Source: Pseudomonadota bacterium (GTDB lineage Bacteria; Desulfobacterota; Desulfobacteria; Desulfobacterales; JAFDDL01). From it: a stretch of DNA of 32,000 bases. The notes beneath the pieces were generated by a model that made no database searches, was not told the origin of the DNA, and saw only the letters and a program-made list of their open reading frames with translations. A program made the position numbers and the translations under genes. Position 1 is the stretch's first letter. Each line of letters begins with the position of its first letter. This document shows positions 1-8,470 of the stretch, one piece after another. The stretch covers positions 1-32,000 of the forward strand of contig JAZDPP010000092.1 in the NCBI GenBank assembly GCA_043797445.1, read 5' to 3'.

Positions 1-1
1 T

Positions 2-376
2 TTGTGCGATGGGGGTGGCAGCAATGGGTGCCGAGCAAGATTTTGGAAATACAATCTTTATCAGGAGATTTGTAAAAAGTACGGAATCTCGGTCCGGGTT
101 TGCCATTATCCAACAGGAGCTTCAAAATGGAATCCAGTGGAACATCGTCTCTTCGGTCCGATCACAAACAACTGGCAGGAGCGCCCTCTTAGGTCTTTTG
201 AAATTATCTTAGACTGCATCCGGTCCACGGCTACCAATAAAGGCTTGAGGGTGGAGGCTGTTCTTAATAACAAAGAATATCAGAAAGGTATCAAGGTATC
301 TGACAATCAAATGAAAATGATAAATCTCATACGGCATGATGAATTGCCACTATGGAACTATTCGTTAATGCACTGA
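2..376 (+). mobile_element. 3' part of an ISAzo13-like (DDE) transposase gene, truncated by the window edge
   Basis: Translation CDGGGSNGCRARFWKYNLYQEICKKYGISVRVCHYPTGASKWNPVEHRLFGPITNNWQERPL...GIKVSDNQM resembles the ISAzo13-family C-terminal catalytic region (CDGGGSN, CHYPPGTSKWNPIEHRLF, GIKVSD). Confidence 0.85.
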
Positions 377-466
377 GCACTGGAACAAAAATGCCAATTA
401 ATTTTTACGCACGTGCTTAGGGCAATGGTTGGTTACTCTGGCGCCCCAGCTTAAGCGCGGTTCGCC

Positions 467-1447
467 TCACTTTTGTCTTTCGAAATAGGCATACAAGTTT
501 TCAAACAGCCGGAATCCCTCCTGCATGCGTTGGAAGTCATCCGGGTGAGAGACAACCATGCCGGTCAAAAGGGCGTTAAAACCGTCCGTCTCGCTGCGGC
601 CGTATTTGGCGTCTTTGAGATCGATATCGTGAACCACTTCGGCTACGGCGAAAAGCGCCCGGTCCTGGGGATGCAGCCGTTGGATCATCACTTCGAAGCT
701 GCACAGGTTTCCCTCGTGGGTAAATTCTCCGTCAAACATGTCGAATCGAAGTTCTCCCTCCTTCGGCACGTATTGAGGGCCTTGGACGAACTTGAAAACC
801 GCCTCCGCGTCCAAAAATCGGCGGATCAGCCACCCGCACGCAATACGGTCAACAAAGAGGTTTCTCCTTGTTACCCAGATTTTTCCTTCAAGGGCACCCA
901 ATCCCTCTTTGGGAGCGAATGTCACAGATGCTTCACCAGCAACTTTTGCCGCAAGATCATTCAGGAGGATTTCCGCAGTTCCCCGCTCAGGCGCTTGATA
1001 AAAATCGATACTCCTAACCTCGTCCAATCGGCGCCGCAACTTTGTCAGGTGGGCCGGACTTCTTGCACCAGGGTCTTGTGAGTCCGTTTGCCCCGAAGAC
1101 CATTCAGTCAGTAGCTGGCGGGCCTCCTGGATGATTTTTTCGTAATCTGAGTTACGGGCGCCTTGAAACAACGCAATGACTTTTTCGTCAGACAGACCTT
1201 CCAAAAACCGTGCCTCCGAAATTGAACCATCCCCGCCGCCTTCGATGATCTCTTTTAATATCCAGCTCAAATCTTCCCGGGACTGATCGGAAATGGGCAT
1301 GGCGTAAACCGACTGCTTGATGGCCACAGCGCCCACCTGCTGCAAGCGCCGCCAGATTTTCACTCTAAGCGCATTCGGGGTGGGCGGGATCTGGTGGATT
1401 AAAAGCAACCATTTCAGTGGATCACTGGGGGTCATTGTTTCCTCCAT
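467..1447 (-). CDS. chrB: ChrB-like chromate resistance/regulatory protein
   Basis: 326 aa. N-terminal WLLLIHQIPPTPNALRVKIWRRLQQVGAVAIKQSVYAMP and C-terminal WVTRRNLFVDRIACGWLIRRFLDAEAVFKFV...FDMFDGEFTHEGNLCSFEVMI are typical of ChrB proteins. Confidence 0.85.
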   Translation of the reverse strand: MEETMTPSDPLKWLLLIHQIPPTPNALRVKIWRRLQQVGAVAIKQSVYAMPISDQSREDLSWILKEIIEGGGDGSISEARFLEGLSDEKVIALFQGARNSDYEKIIQEARQLLTEWSSGQTDSQDPGARSPAHLTKLRRRLDEVRSIDFYQAPERGTAEILLNDLAAKVAGEASVTFAPKEGLGALEGKIWVTRRNLFVDRIACGWLIRRFLDAEAVFKFVQGPQYVPKEGELRFDMFDGEFTHEGNLCSFEVMIQRLHPQDRALFAVAEVVHDIDLKDAKYGRSETDGFNALLTGMVVSHPDDFQRMQEGFRLFENLYAYFERQK

Positions 1448-1613
1448 AAGATGTGTTGCATTTAAAATGCATCAATTGTAACATTTTGTCAAGAACCATT
1501 TCGATGATAATGTCTATTGTCACCTCGATTTATACTGATGCCACTGAAGTTATTGGCCTATTAATTATTGAAACATTTGTTACATTATAAAAGAACAGAT
1601 CAAGGAGCGGACG

Positions 1614-2300
1614 ATGATTGCGCTTAGCGACTTGGAAGATTCTAATATACCGCTAACAAAAGGTATCTCGATGCGGTATCCAAAACCACGCCGGTCTTTC
1701 GATATGAGCGACCGGCAATTTTTGAATAGATAAAGACGAACTTAGCGCACATAACATCTTGCGGCGCACTTTAAAGCAAGCTGGGGGTAGACTGTGGAAT
1801 CAAGAGGTCGCTCGATTCGATAGACGATCAGCATTATTCAATTGCCTTGATTTCCCTCGCTGTTTTTTTAAACCCGGAAAACACCCGAACGCCTGCCCGA
1901 AACCTTACCAGTTTCGATGTTCATTTGGCGGAAGACGCTTTGGGCATGGCATCCAGAGCGATCGTGATGCGGTTACGGAAATATGGGGTAAAGGGGGTCT
2001 ACCTCCCGCCGGTGTTTCCGCAGGACACATCCCGCCCAAGGCCCAAGGCCCAAAGCATTAGACATAAGTCATAAAACGGTGGCAGAAGAAGCTGGACTTG
2101 GCCTCATGGGACTTAACCGACTCGTGTTGCACCCCGAAGTCGGAAGCGTAGAGCTGATCGAAAACAGTGGATTCCGGGTTGATTATGAGAGCGTGGCAGC
2201 GATACAGGATGTTCGAATGGGTTCGTATGTATCCGCATCTTCTTTTTCCTCCTTGAGTTTCGGGAATCTTGCCGTTCAGCGCTTGACATATTTAATCTAA
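1614..2300 (+). pseudogene. Decayed/frameshifted 4Fe-4S (epoxyqueuosine reductase-like or dehalogenase-like Fe-S) protein gene; boundaries approximate
   Basis: Similarity moves between frames: ISLAVFLNPENTRTPARN...MRLRKYGVKGVYLPP...HKS (frame of 1847), then VAEEAGLGLMGLNRLVLHPEVGS (frame of 2079), resembling the HK.VAE.AGLG.MG..R.vihP.fG motif. No single intact ORF. A short ORF with AAGGAG upstream begins at 1614 and may be the original start. Confidence 0.5.
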
Positions 2301-2520
2301 CCGTATATTTTTAAAGCCAATCCTGTTAAAGCGCCCGTATTATGACAGACAGGTATGACTTTTTTCAGGCTTGGGAACCCTTTTTTCCCCGCTTCGGCAT
2401 CGGATTTAACGGCTTGCGACCGTTGTGGAAATAGGCGGTTTGGCGAGGAGGAGACGGCGACGATACATCCATTTGAATTTTTCAATTTCTGATGATTCGA
2501 TGTAATAGGAATAAGTGAAA

Positions 2521-2685
2521 ATGGAGTTGGATGATACACTGGTGAAGGCCGAACTCGATGATATTATGGCGCGAATTGATGGTATCATGAAAAAGGTGGA
2601 AAAATACGAGGGCAATTCAAAAGAAAAACCAGTAGAACCCAATGAGGAATCTGCTTCTCCTTTCAGGGAGGCCCATTTCGGCTGA
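2521..2685 (+). CDS. Small acidic hypothetical protein (54 aa)
   Basis: MELDDTLVKAELDDIMARIDGIMKKVEKYEGNSKEKPVEPNEESASPFREAHFG; AGGAA about 10 nt upstream. Below the ORF-track cutoff; supported only by composition and a possible RBS. Confidence 0.35.
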   Translation: MELDDTLVKAELDDIMARIDGIMKKVEKYEGNSKEKPVEPNEESASPFREAHFG

Positions 2686-2795
2686 AAATGATCCCGGTGT
2701 TAGGGTAACCCCCTTATCACTGGACGATTTCGATGATATTACGTTGAATTTCAATAGAATAGGGTGAGGATACAACACGGCTAAGAGGAGGCGCT

Positions 2796-3080
2796 ATGGC
2801 ACTGACCAAAAATGATCTTGTGGCATCCGTAAATGATTTGGGGTTTACGAAAAAAAAGTCAGTCGAAATTATCGAGGGGCTGATTGAAATCATTAAATCC
2901 ACTCTGGATAAGGGGGAGGATGTATTGGTTTCAGGTTTCGGCAAATTTTCCGTTAAACAAAAGCGGGCTCGAAGAGGCCGAAATCCGGCTACCGGCAGCG
3001 ATCTGACATTACGGGAGAGAAAGGTGATCACCTTTAAATGTTCCGGTAAACTTCGGGAAAAAATTAACGGCCCCGATTAA
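2796..3080 (+). CDS. ihfA: Integration host factor / HU-family DNA-binding protein, alpha-like
   Basis: 94 aa: LTKNDLVASVNDLGFTKKKSVEIIEGLIEIIKSTLDKGEDVLVSGFGKFSVKQKRARRGRNPATGSDLTLRERKVITFKCSGKLREKIN, classical HU/IHF fold with the RxGRNPxTG motif. Confidence 0.95.
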   Translation: MALTKNDLVASVNDLGFTKKKSVEIIEGLIEIIKSTLDKGEDVLVSGFGKFSVKQKRARRGRNPATGSDLTLRERKVITFKCSGKLREKINGPD

Positions 3081-3196
3081 CCTCTGCCCTCGGTGTTACA
3101 CATCATCCTCTTTTTGTGTAACAGCTCGATATATTGTCGAAGTGGAAGCAGCGTGCGCTTAAATAAAGAAAATAATTTGTTCTGCAATGCCGGTAT

Positions 3197-3712
3197 ATGA
3201 ACGATGACAACCGCGGCGTCACAGCGGGTAATTACCTCTTGAAGCCCGGATATATTTATATTGCGGACCCTCGGACGGTTTTGTCCACTGTGTTGGGCTC
3301 TTCCGTGTCGGTTTGCCTTTTTGACCGAAAGAGGAAAGTCGCCGGCATGAACCACTTCCGGCTTCCTTTCACCAAAGACCCGAAAAAGGCAACCGCCGAT
3401 TACGGTAATGTCGCGACGCTTACCCTCATACGAATGATGGTAATTGACGGATCTGACACAAAGCACCTTGAGGCGCAGGTGTTCGGCGGAGCCTATAATT
3501 CGGAGATTTCTTCAAAGGATATCGGCGGGGAGAATGCCGCGGCTGCAAAAAAAATGTTGCTGCGGGAGAAAATACGGATTGTCTCCGAAGATATCGGCGG
3601 GGAAAAGGGACGCAAAATTGTTTTTGACCCGGCAAAAAATGAGACAGCGGTCATTAAGGTGGATAAACTGCGCAAAGGCGATTGGTTTCCCTACGAGGAT
3701 GATCGGGTGTAA
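3197..3712 (+). CDS. cheD: CheD-family protein (chemoreceptor glutamine deamidase family), probable non-canonical active site
   Basis: 171 aa: YLLKPGYIYIADPRTVLSTVLGSSVSVCLFDRKRKVAGMNHFRLPF. CheD signature LGSCVxVCLxD...GMNHxxLP, but the catalytic Cys position is Ser. Confidence 0.85.
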   Translation: MNDDNRGVTAGNYLLKPGYIYIADPRTVLSTVLGSSVSVCLFDRKRKVAGMNHFRLPFTKDPKKATADYGNVATLTLIRMMVIDGSDTKHLEAQVFGGAYNSEISSKDIGGENAAAAKKMLLREKIRIVSEDIGGEKGRKIVFDPAKNETAVIKVDKLRKGDWFPYEDDRV

Positions 3713-3874
3713 GAGAAGAGACCCGGCGATTATCCATCAGCGGATACCTATAGATCAGCTCCATGCGAATCATTTCGTCATCTTTTTTCCGCAGCCATTC
3801 CGATAGCCGACCGAAACGGATTGCGAGGATAAGCGCCAGAAAAGTGCTTCCTGCTGCCGGCACTCATGGGTGCT

Positions 3875-5419
3875 TCATGGATCCAGATCCGGAAGCATTG
3901 CCCCGTGGGCCAGAAGGTTGCGGTGCAGCTCAAAGCAACGCGTGAGATCATGCGCGATATGGCCGACGCGGGATTCACTCACGTACCGGTGCAGGTAATC
4001 CCGATAGGCCGGATGGGCGCAGTGGTCAATGATTCTTCGCGCGCGTTGCACGGGACCGAGACCTCGCAAGTCGGAAAGCCCCTGTTCCGTCACCACCACC
4101 TGAACGGAATGCTCGTTGTTGTCGATATGCGGGCACATGGGGACGATGGAACTGATTCTCCCGCCTTTGGCAATGGAGGGGGTGATAAAAATGGATAAAT
4201 AGCTGTTTCGGGTGAATTCACCGCTGCCGCCAACTCCGTTCATGACATCCATGCCGTAAAGGTGTGAAGAATTGACGTTGCCGTAGATATCGATTTCCAG
4301 GGCCGTATTGATGGCAATGACGCCCAACCGGCGAATCACGCCGGGATGGTTTGAAATCTCCTGGGGTCTCAAAACGATCCGGGGTGCAAAAAAATCGATA
4401 TTATCGACGATTCGAGCGAGTTTGTCCGTGGTGACAGTGAGGCTCGTGGCACTGGCGCCCAGCAGACGTCCCCTGGCCATCAGATCCACCTGCGAATCCT
4501 GAAAGACTTCCGAATACATCATGAAGGGAGGAAGTTCAGCGGTGTTGCCGAGTGCCTCCATGACGCCGTTGGCCATATTGCCGACTCCCGCCTGCAATGG
4601 CAGAAAGGTTTTGGGAATGCGCCCGCAAGCCATCTCTTTCAGTAAAAAATCCGCCACATGATGACCGATCGCCTGACTGACGGCATCCGGTGTTGCAAAG
4701 GCGTCGACCTTATCCGATGCGTCATTTTCGACCACTCCGATGACTTTTTTCGGATCCACCACTGCATAGGGGAGCCCGATGCGCGTCAACGGGTCATAAA
4801 TGGGAATCGGATTGCGATGCGGCGGGGGCGGCATCACCCAGATATCCGCCATCTCGCGCAAGCGCGGGGCCTGGCGCCGATTCAATTCGATAACCACCTT
4901 TTTCGCGTACTTCAAGTAGGTCGGGGAGGCGCCGATGGAGGTGCTCAGGTAAACCCGCCCGTCCGGCGTGATCTCCGTGGCTTCTATTGCCGCCAGATCG
5001 ATTTCTCCCAGAAACCCCCAGGAAACCATCTGGGGAAGGTGCGAAAGATGCATATCCACATATTCCACCTTCTGCTGGTTGATTTGTTCCCGCAGCACCT
5101 TTCCGCCCTGGTAAGGGGCTCGCCAGGAGATGGCCTCTGCCGCCGCGAGATCTTCATCCACGCTTTGTCCGCTGGAGGCGCCGGTGAGGACCCTGATTTG
5201 GAAAGGCCTTCCGAGTGCATGCTGTTCCCGGGCATAAGCCGCCAGCGCTTCCGGAACCGCTTTTGCGGCCCCTGCGGGAGAAAACCCCGAAAAAGAAACC
5301 GTTTGCCCGTGCTGAATGCCCGCTGCAACTTCCTGTGCGCTCAATACCGGAAAGGGACCGTATCCTGCCATGCTCGAAGCTCCCCCAAGTGAGTGGTTCA
5401 TAGTTGTTAAAAATAGCAT
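3875..5419 (-). CDS. Acetyl-CoA hydrolase/transferase family, likely acetyl-CoA:succinate CoA-transferase
   Basis: 514 aa: VSFSGFSPAGAAKAVPEALA, PLQAGVGNMANGVMEALG, IALEIDIYGNVNSSHLYGMDVMNGVGGSGEFTRNSYLSIFITPS, VVTEQGLSDLRGLGP; typical of this CoA-transferase family. Start codon uncertain. Confidence 0.9.
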   Translation of the reverse strand: MLFLTTMNHSLGGASSMAGYGPFPVLSAQEVAAGIQHGQTVSFSGFSPAGAAKAVPEALAAYAREQHALGRPFQIRVLTGASSGQSVDEDLAAAEAISWRAPYQGGKVLREQINQQKVEYVDMHLSHLPQMVSWGFLGEIDLAAIEATEITPDGRVYLSTSIGASPTYLKYAKKVVIELNRRQAPRLREMADIWVMPPPPHRNPIPIYDPLTRIGLPYAVVDPKKVIGVVENDASDKVDAFATPDAVSQAIGHHVADFLLKEMACGRIPKTFLPLQAGVGNMANGVMEALGNTAELPPFMMYSEVFQDSQVDLMARGRLLGASATSLTVTTDKLARIVDNIDFFAPRIVLRPQEISNHPGVIRRLGVIAINTALEIDIYGNVNSSHLYGMDVMNGVGGSGEFTRNSYLSIFITPSIAKGGRISSIVPMCPHIDNNEHSVQVVVTEQGLSDLRGLGPVQRARRIIDHCAHPAYRDYLHRYVSESRVGHIAHDLTRCFELHRNLLAHGAMLPDLDP

Positions 5420-5735
5420 TATTCTGAAATTTGTCCATTATACACGGTGGCATCTTGTCTCACAACAGTATCCTATCGGTTTAAGCCACAATTATTCTTG
5501 GCATTTTCCAAGAGAAAGCTTAACCTGGGAAAAAGATTATGCGGCCTTGATCATCGTCCCGGCCACGCCAGGATATTTTTTCCAGACCGGCAGGAACTCG
5601 CTATCGCTCAAACAACCTGCCGCTCTTCCAAAAACACCCTGGCGTGGCCTCCCTGCCGTGGGAAATTGGCCGAAAAGATGATCAAGGCCGATTATGCAAA
5701 TGGGGAAGGCTATTTTCAGGGAGGAATTCGAATAA

Positions 5736-6230
5736 ATGAATACCCTGTGCATCAATGAAAAATTGCTCGAAGTGCGGGATCATGACAAGGAGGGCTACCG
5801 CCCGGTAATTGACTATGGGGCATGGCGGGTCGCGATTCTGAACTTCAGTGACGAGCTTCGAGTTGAAAACCTCACCGCGATGCAGCGCCACAATGAAACC
5901 GATGAGGTGTTTGTATTGCTCAAGGGACGTTGCATCCTCTTTCTAGGCGAGGGGAGTGAGGCGGTGACGGCGGTTTATGCGGCGGATATGCAGCCGTTTA
6001 AAATATACAATGTTAAAAAGGCGGTCTGGCACACGCACACGCTCAGCCGCGATGCGATGGTGCTGATCGTCGAGAATCGGGATACAACGGCTGACAACTC
6101 GCCGTTTTGTTCCCTGACCGCCGCTCAGCAACAGACGATTGGCGCGTTGGCTGAACGGCTATGGACCGATGGCGCTTCAAAAGAAAGAGGGCATTTCCCT
6201 TGGGAATTCCGGGGAAAGCCCTCTTCATGA
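5736..6230 (+). CDS. Cupin-domain protein
   Basis: 164 aa: NLTAMQRHNETDEVFVLLKGRCILFLGEG...YNVKKAVWHTHTLSRDAMVLIVENRDT, cupin motif pattern. Confidence 0.8.
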   Translation: MNTLCINEKLLEVRDHDKEGYRPVIDYGAWRVAILNFSDELRVENLTAMQRHNETDEVFVLLKGRCILFLGEGSEAVTAVYAADMQPFKIYNVKKAVWHTHTLSRDAMVLIVENRDTTADNSPFCSLTAAQQQTIGALAERLWTDGASKERGHFPWEFRGKPSS

Positions 6231-6240
6231 GTTGTCGTCG

Positions 6241-6441
6241 CTATTCTTCCGTTACATTGACCGCGGCGGGCCCCTTTTTGCCCTGCTCGATGTCGAATGT
6301 CACTCGGGCGCCTTCTTTGAGGGTTTTAAACCCGCTGGAATTAATCCCTGAATGATGAACAAACACATCGGGTCCATTTTCTTGCTCAATGAAACCAAAC
6401 CCCTTTTTGTCGCTAAACCATTTTACCGTTCCTTTTGCCAT
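6241..6441 (-). CDS. cspA: Cold-shock domain protein
   Basis: [66 protein letters not shown]; RNP1 KGFGFI and RNP2 DVFVHH. The start at 6441 fits the family better than the longer ORF start at 6474. Confidence 0.97.
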   Translation of the reverse strand: MAKGTVKWFSDKKGFGFIEQENGPDVFVHHSGINSSGFKTLKEGARVTFDIEQGKKGPAAVNVTEE

Positions 6442-6789
6442 CGTGCTCTCCTCATTTTTTAAAAAAACGCCCAATTGCCATTCATAAAAAATAACCTAAT
6501 ATGAAATTAATAATATTTGTCAATACAATAAACACGTTCGAGGAATAAAGAGGATGAAATGATTAAAAACCGGAAGGGATCACCGTAAATCGCGGCAGGG
6601 GGATGGTAATTAAAAACTGAACAATATAAAAAAGTTGTAAAAAGTTACGATCCATCGAAGGCCTCACCACGAACGGGCAATAGGCACTTATACCTATTTT
6701 TTCTCGGAATCGCTTCATATCTCCCAGGCGGGCATTTTTGTGCGCTGTCGTTGTTCACAATCCACCCTCGTCCCTTTTCAGGTGGACCT

Positions 6790-7431
6790 TTACTCAAACT
6801 GCTTTTTAAAGACGGCAAATGCTTCTTTCAATGCGTCGATATCCTGTCGAAGGTCCTCGATATCCCGCGCCATCCGGTCCATGCGCATCTCCGCTTCGCT
6901 GTTGTCAACCGCTTCACCGGGGGCGGTATCGGCATGAACGACTTCCGGCTCTCCCGAAAGCAGGTGCCCGTAACGGGATTCCTTATGGCCGGGTAATCGG
7001 GCCATTCGCTTGATATAACCCCATTCCTGAAGATTGTTCAGGGTTTCGAGCAAGGCCTCGAGGCTTTCAAAGGCGTGCATTCGTCCCGTTCGTCCCCGGA
7101 TTTCTCCGGCGGTTTGGGGACCTCGAAGAAAAAGGACGCAGAGAACCGAGGACTCCCCGGCAACCAGATCACGCTCCCGGGTAAAGCGCTCCTCATATTT
7201 TATGACGCGCCCGACGCCGCTCTTCCGGACGAGCCCTTTTTTTTCCAGATCCTCGCAGGCACGGACCACGGTATTCTCGTCATGGGAGACCACCGGGTCC
7301 CGGTTCGATTTCTGGTTGCAGGCATTGGTCAGCGCATTTAAAGAGAGGGGATAATATTCGGGGGTCGAAAGCGCCTTTTCAATAAGGCTTCCCAGGACCC
7401 GGATTTCTGTTTCATTCAGCATCATTTCCAT
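6790..7431 (-). CDS. YceH family (DUF480) protein
   Basis: 213 aa: LNETEIRVLGSLIEKALSTPEYYPLSLNALTNACNQKSNRDPVV...LFLRGPQTAGEIRGRTGRMHAFESLEALLETLNNL, DUF480 pattern. Confidence 0.93.
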   Translation of the reverse strand: MEMMLNETEIRVLGSLIEKALSTPEYYPLSLNALTNACNQKSNRDPVVSHDENTVVRACEDLEKKGLVRKSGVGRVIKYEERFTRERDLVAGESSVLCVLFLRGPQTAGEIRGRTGRMHAFESLEALLETLNNLQEWGYIKRMARLPGHKESRYGHLLSGEPEVVHADTAPGEAVDNSEAEMRMDRMARDIEDLRQDIDALKEAFAVFKKQFE

Positions 7432-7634
7432 TTTTGATCGACCGTTTTTTATAAGGGGAGGTTATACCTTCCATACGATTAAATGAATTGACTCTTATGC
7501 GATTATTTTCTAATTAACAAGCCGAAACATTTCATAAACCATCCTGTATATCGATGGTGCCGGCAGAGGCGGTTTTTGGGCGGGCATCATGAAACATGTT
7601 GCAGTTTCTCCTTTGTGCTTTAAAAGTGACCGAC

Positions 7635-7649
7635 TGAAAGAAACTTTCA
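7635..7649. promoter_or_regulatory. Perfect inverted repeat TGAAAG-AAA-CTTTCA, candidate operator upstream of the 213-aa gene
   Basis: Direct reading of the intergenic region about 115 bp upstream of the start at 7766. Confidence 0.35.
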
Positions 7650-7765
7650 CGTCAATTTCCGGCATGAGGCCTGCTTCTTAGGGCCATGTCGCCGGAATGG
7701 GGGGCATGGCTTCAGAGAGAGACACGAGTTAGCGATTAGCTTTTATAAAAAAGGAGGGTTGGACG

Positions 7766-8407
7766 ATGGCGATTCTTTATACCCAGGCATTTGATATCAT
7801 TTCCGGGCAGGAGGCCGCGTACGAAAATTTTATCGCTGATTACATTCCCCGTTCGAACAAGCTGGGGCTTCAATCCGTTGGTGGATTCTACGTGGTTTGC
7901 GGTTTTGGGCCCCGGATTATCCATATATGCCGCGCCGAATCGATTGATGATTTATGCCGGATTTTGTCGACTAAGGAATTCAGGGACCTGCTTCTTGATA
8001 TCAAACGGTACGTCGTTAACTTCCGGAGCAAAATTCTTGAGCCGACCGGGCGGGTCAAACACCAGGAATACGAACTGAGAAAGGGGATCTGGAAGTTCAA
8101 CCAGTACTACGATCTGATCCCGGGCAAGAAAAAGGATTATGCCGATTTTATCATCAACGAGTACCTTCCGGTGATCGAGAAAATTGATTACGTGGAGGTG
8201 ACGGGCGGCTGGAACGTCCTTATCGGCGGTGTCAGCGAGATCATTGGGGAGTTTACTTTCAAATCGCCCGTGGATATCGCACGCATCCTTGAAAATCCGG
8301 ATTTCCAGCGCATTACCGACGTGCTTCGCACGTATGTGGTCAACTATGTGAGCCGCATTATGAGGGTCACCGAACGGTTCGAGGAATCCAGGTGGTACAG
8401 GCTTTGA
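7766..8407 (+). CDS. Tandemly duplicated small-domain protein (about 24 kDa, predicted dimeric alpha/beta-barrel-like), function unknown
   Basis: 213 aa with RBS AAGGAGGG. The two halves align (FDIISGQEAAYENFIADYIPRSNKLG.. with YDLIPGKKKDYADFIINEYLPVIEKID..; YVVNFRSKILEPTGR with YVVNYVSRIMRVTER). Confidence 0.75.
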   Translation: MAILYTQAFDIISGQEAAYENFIADYIPRSNKLGLQSVGGFYVVCGFGPRIIHICRAESIDDLCRILSTKEFRDLLLDIKRYVVNFRSKILEPTGRVKHQEYELRKGIWKFNQYYDLIPGKKKDYADFIINEYLPVIEKIDYVEVTGGWNVLIGGVSEIIGEFTFKSPVDIARILENPDFQRITDVLRTYVVNYVSRIMRVTERFEESRWYRL

Positions 8408-8470
8408 ATTCCGGTCCTCGCCGTATCACGGCCATTCACACCCCAACCCCTTAGACAAGGAGGAAAAGAC

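Noticed and set aside
4658-5392. 244-aa plus-strand ORF
   Set aside because: Antisense to the CoA-transferase gene; the translation lacks family features while the minus-strand product is clearly conserved.
7441-7765. Possible sigma-54 or other specific promoter upstream of the duplicated-domain gene
   Set aside because: No convincing GG-N10-GC element at proper spacing could be defended; only the short palindrome is reported.
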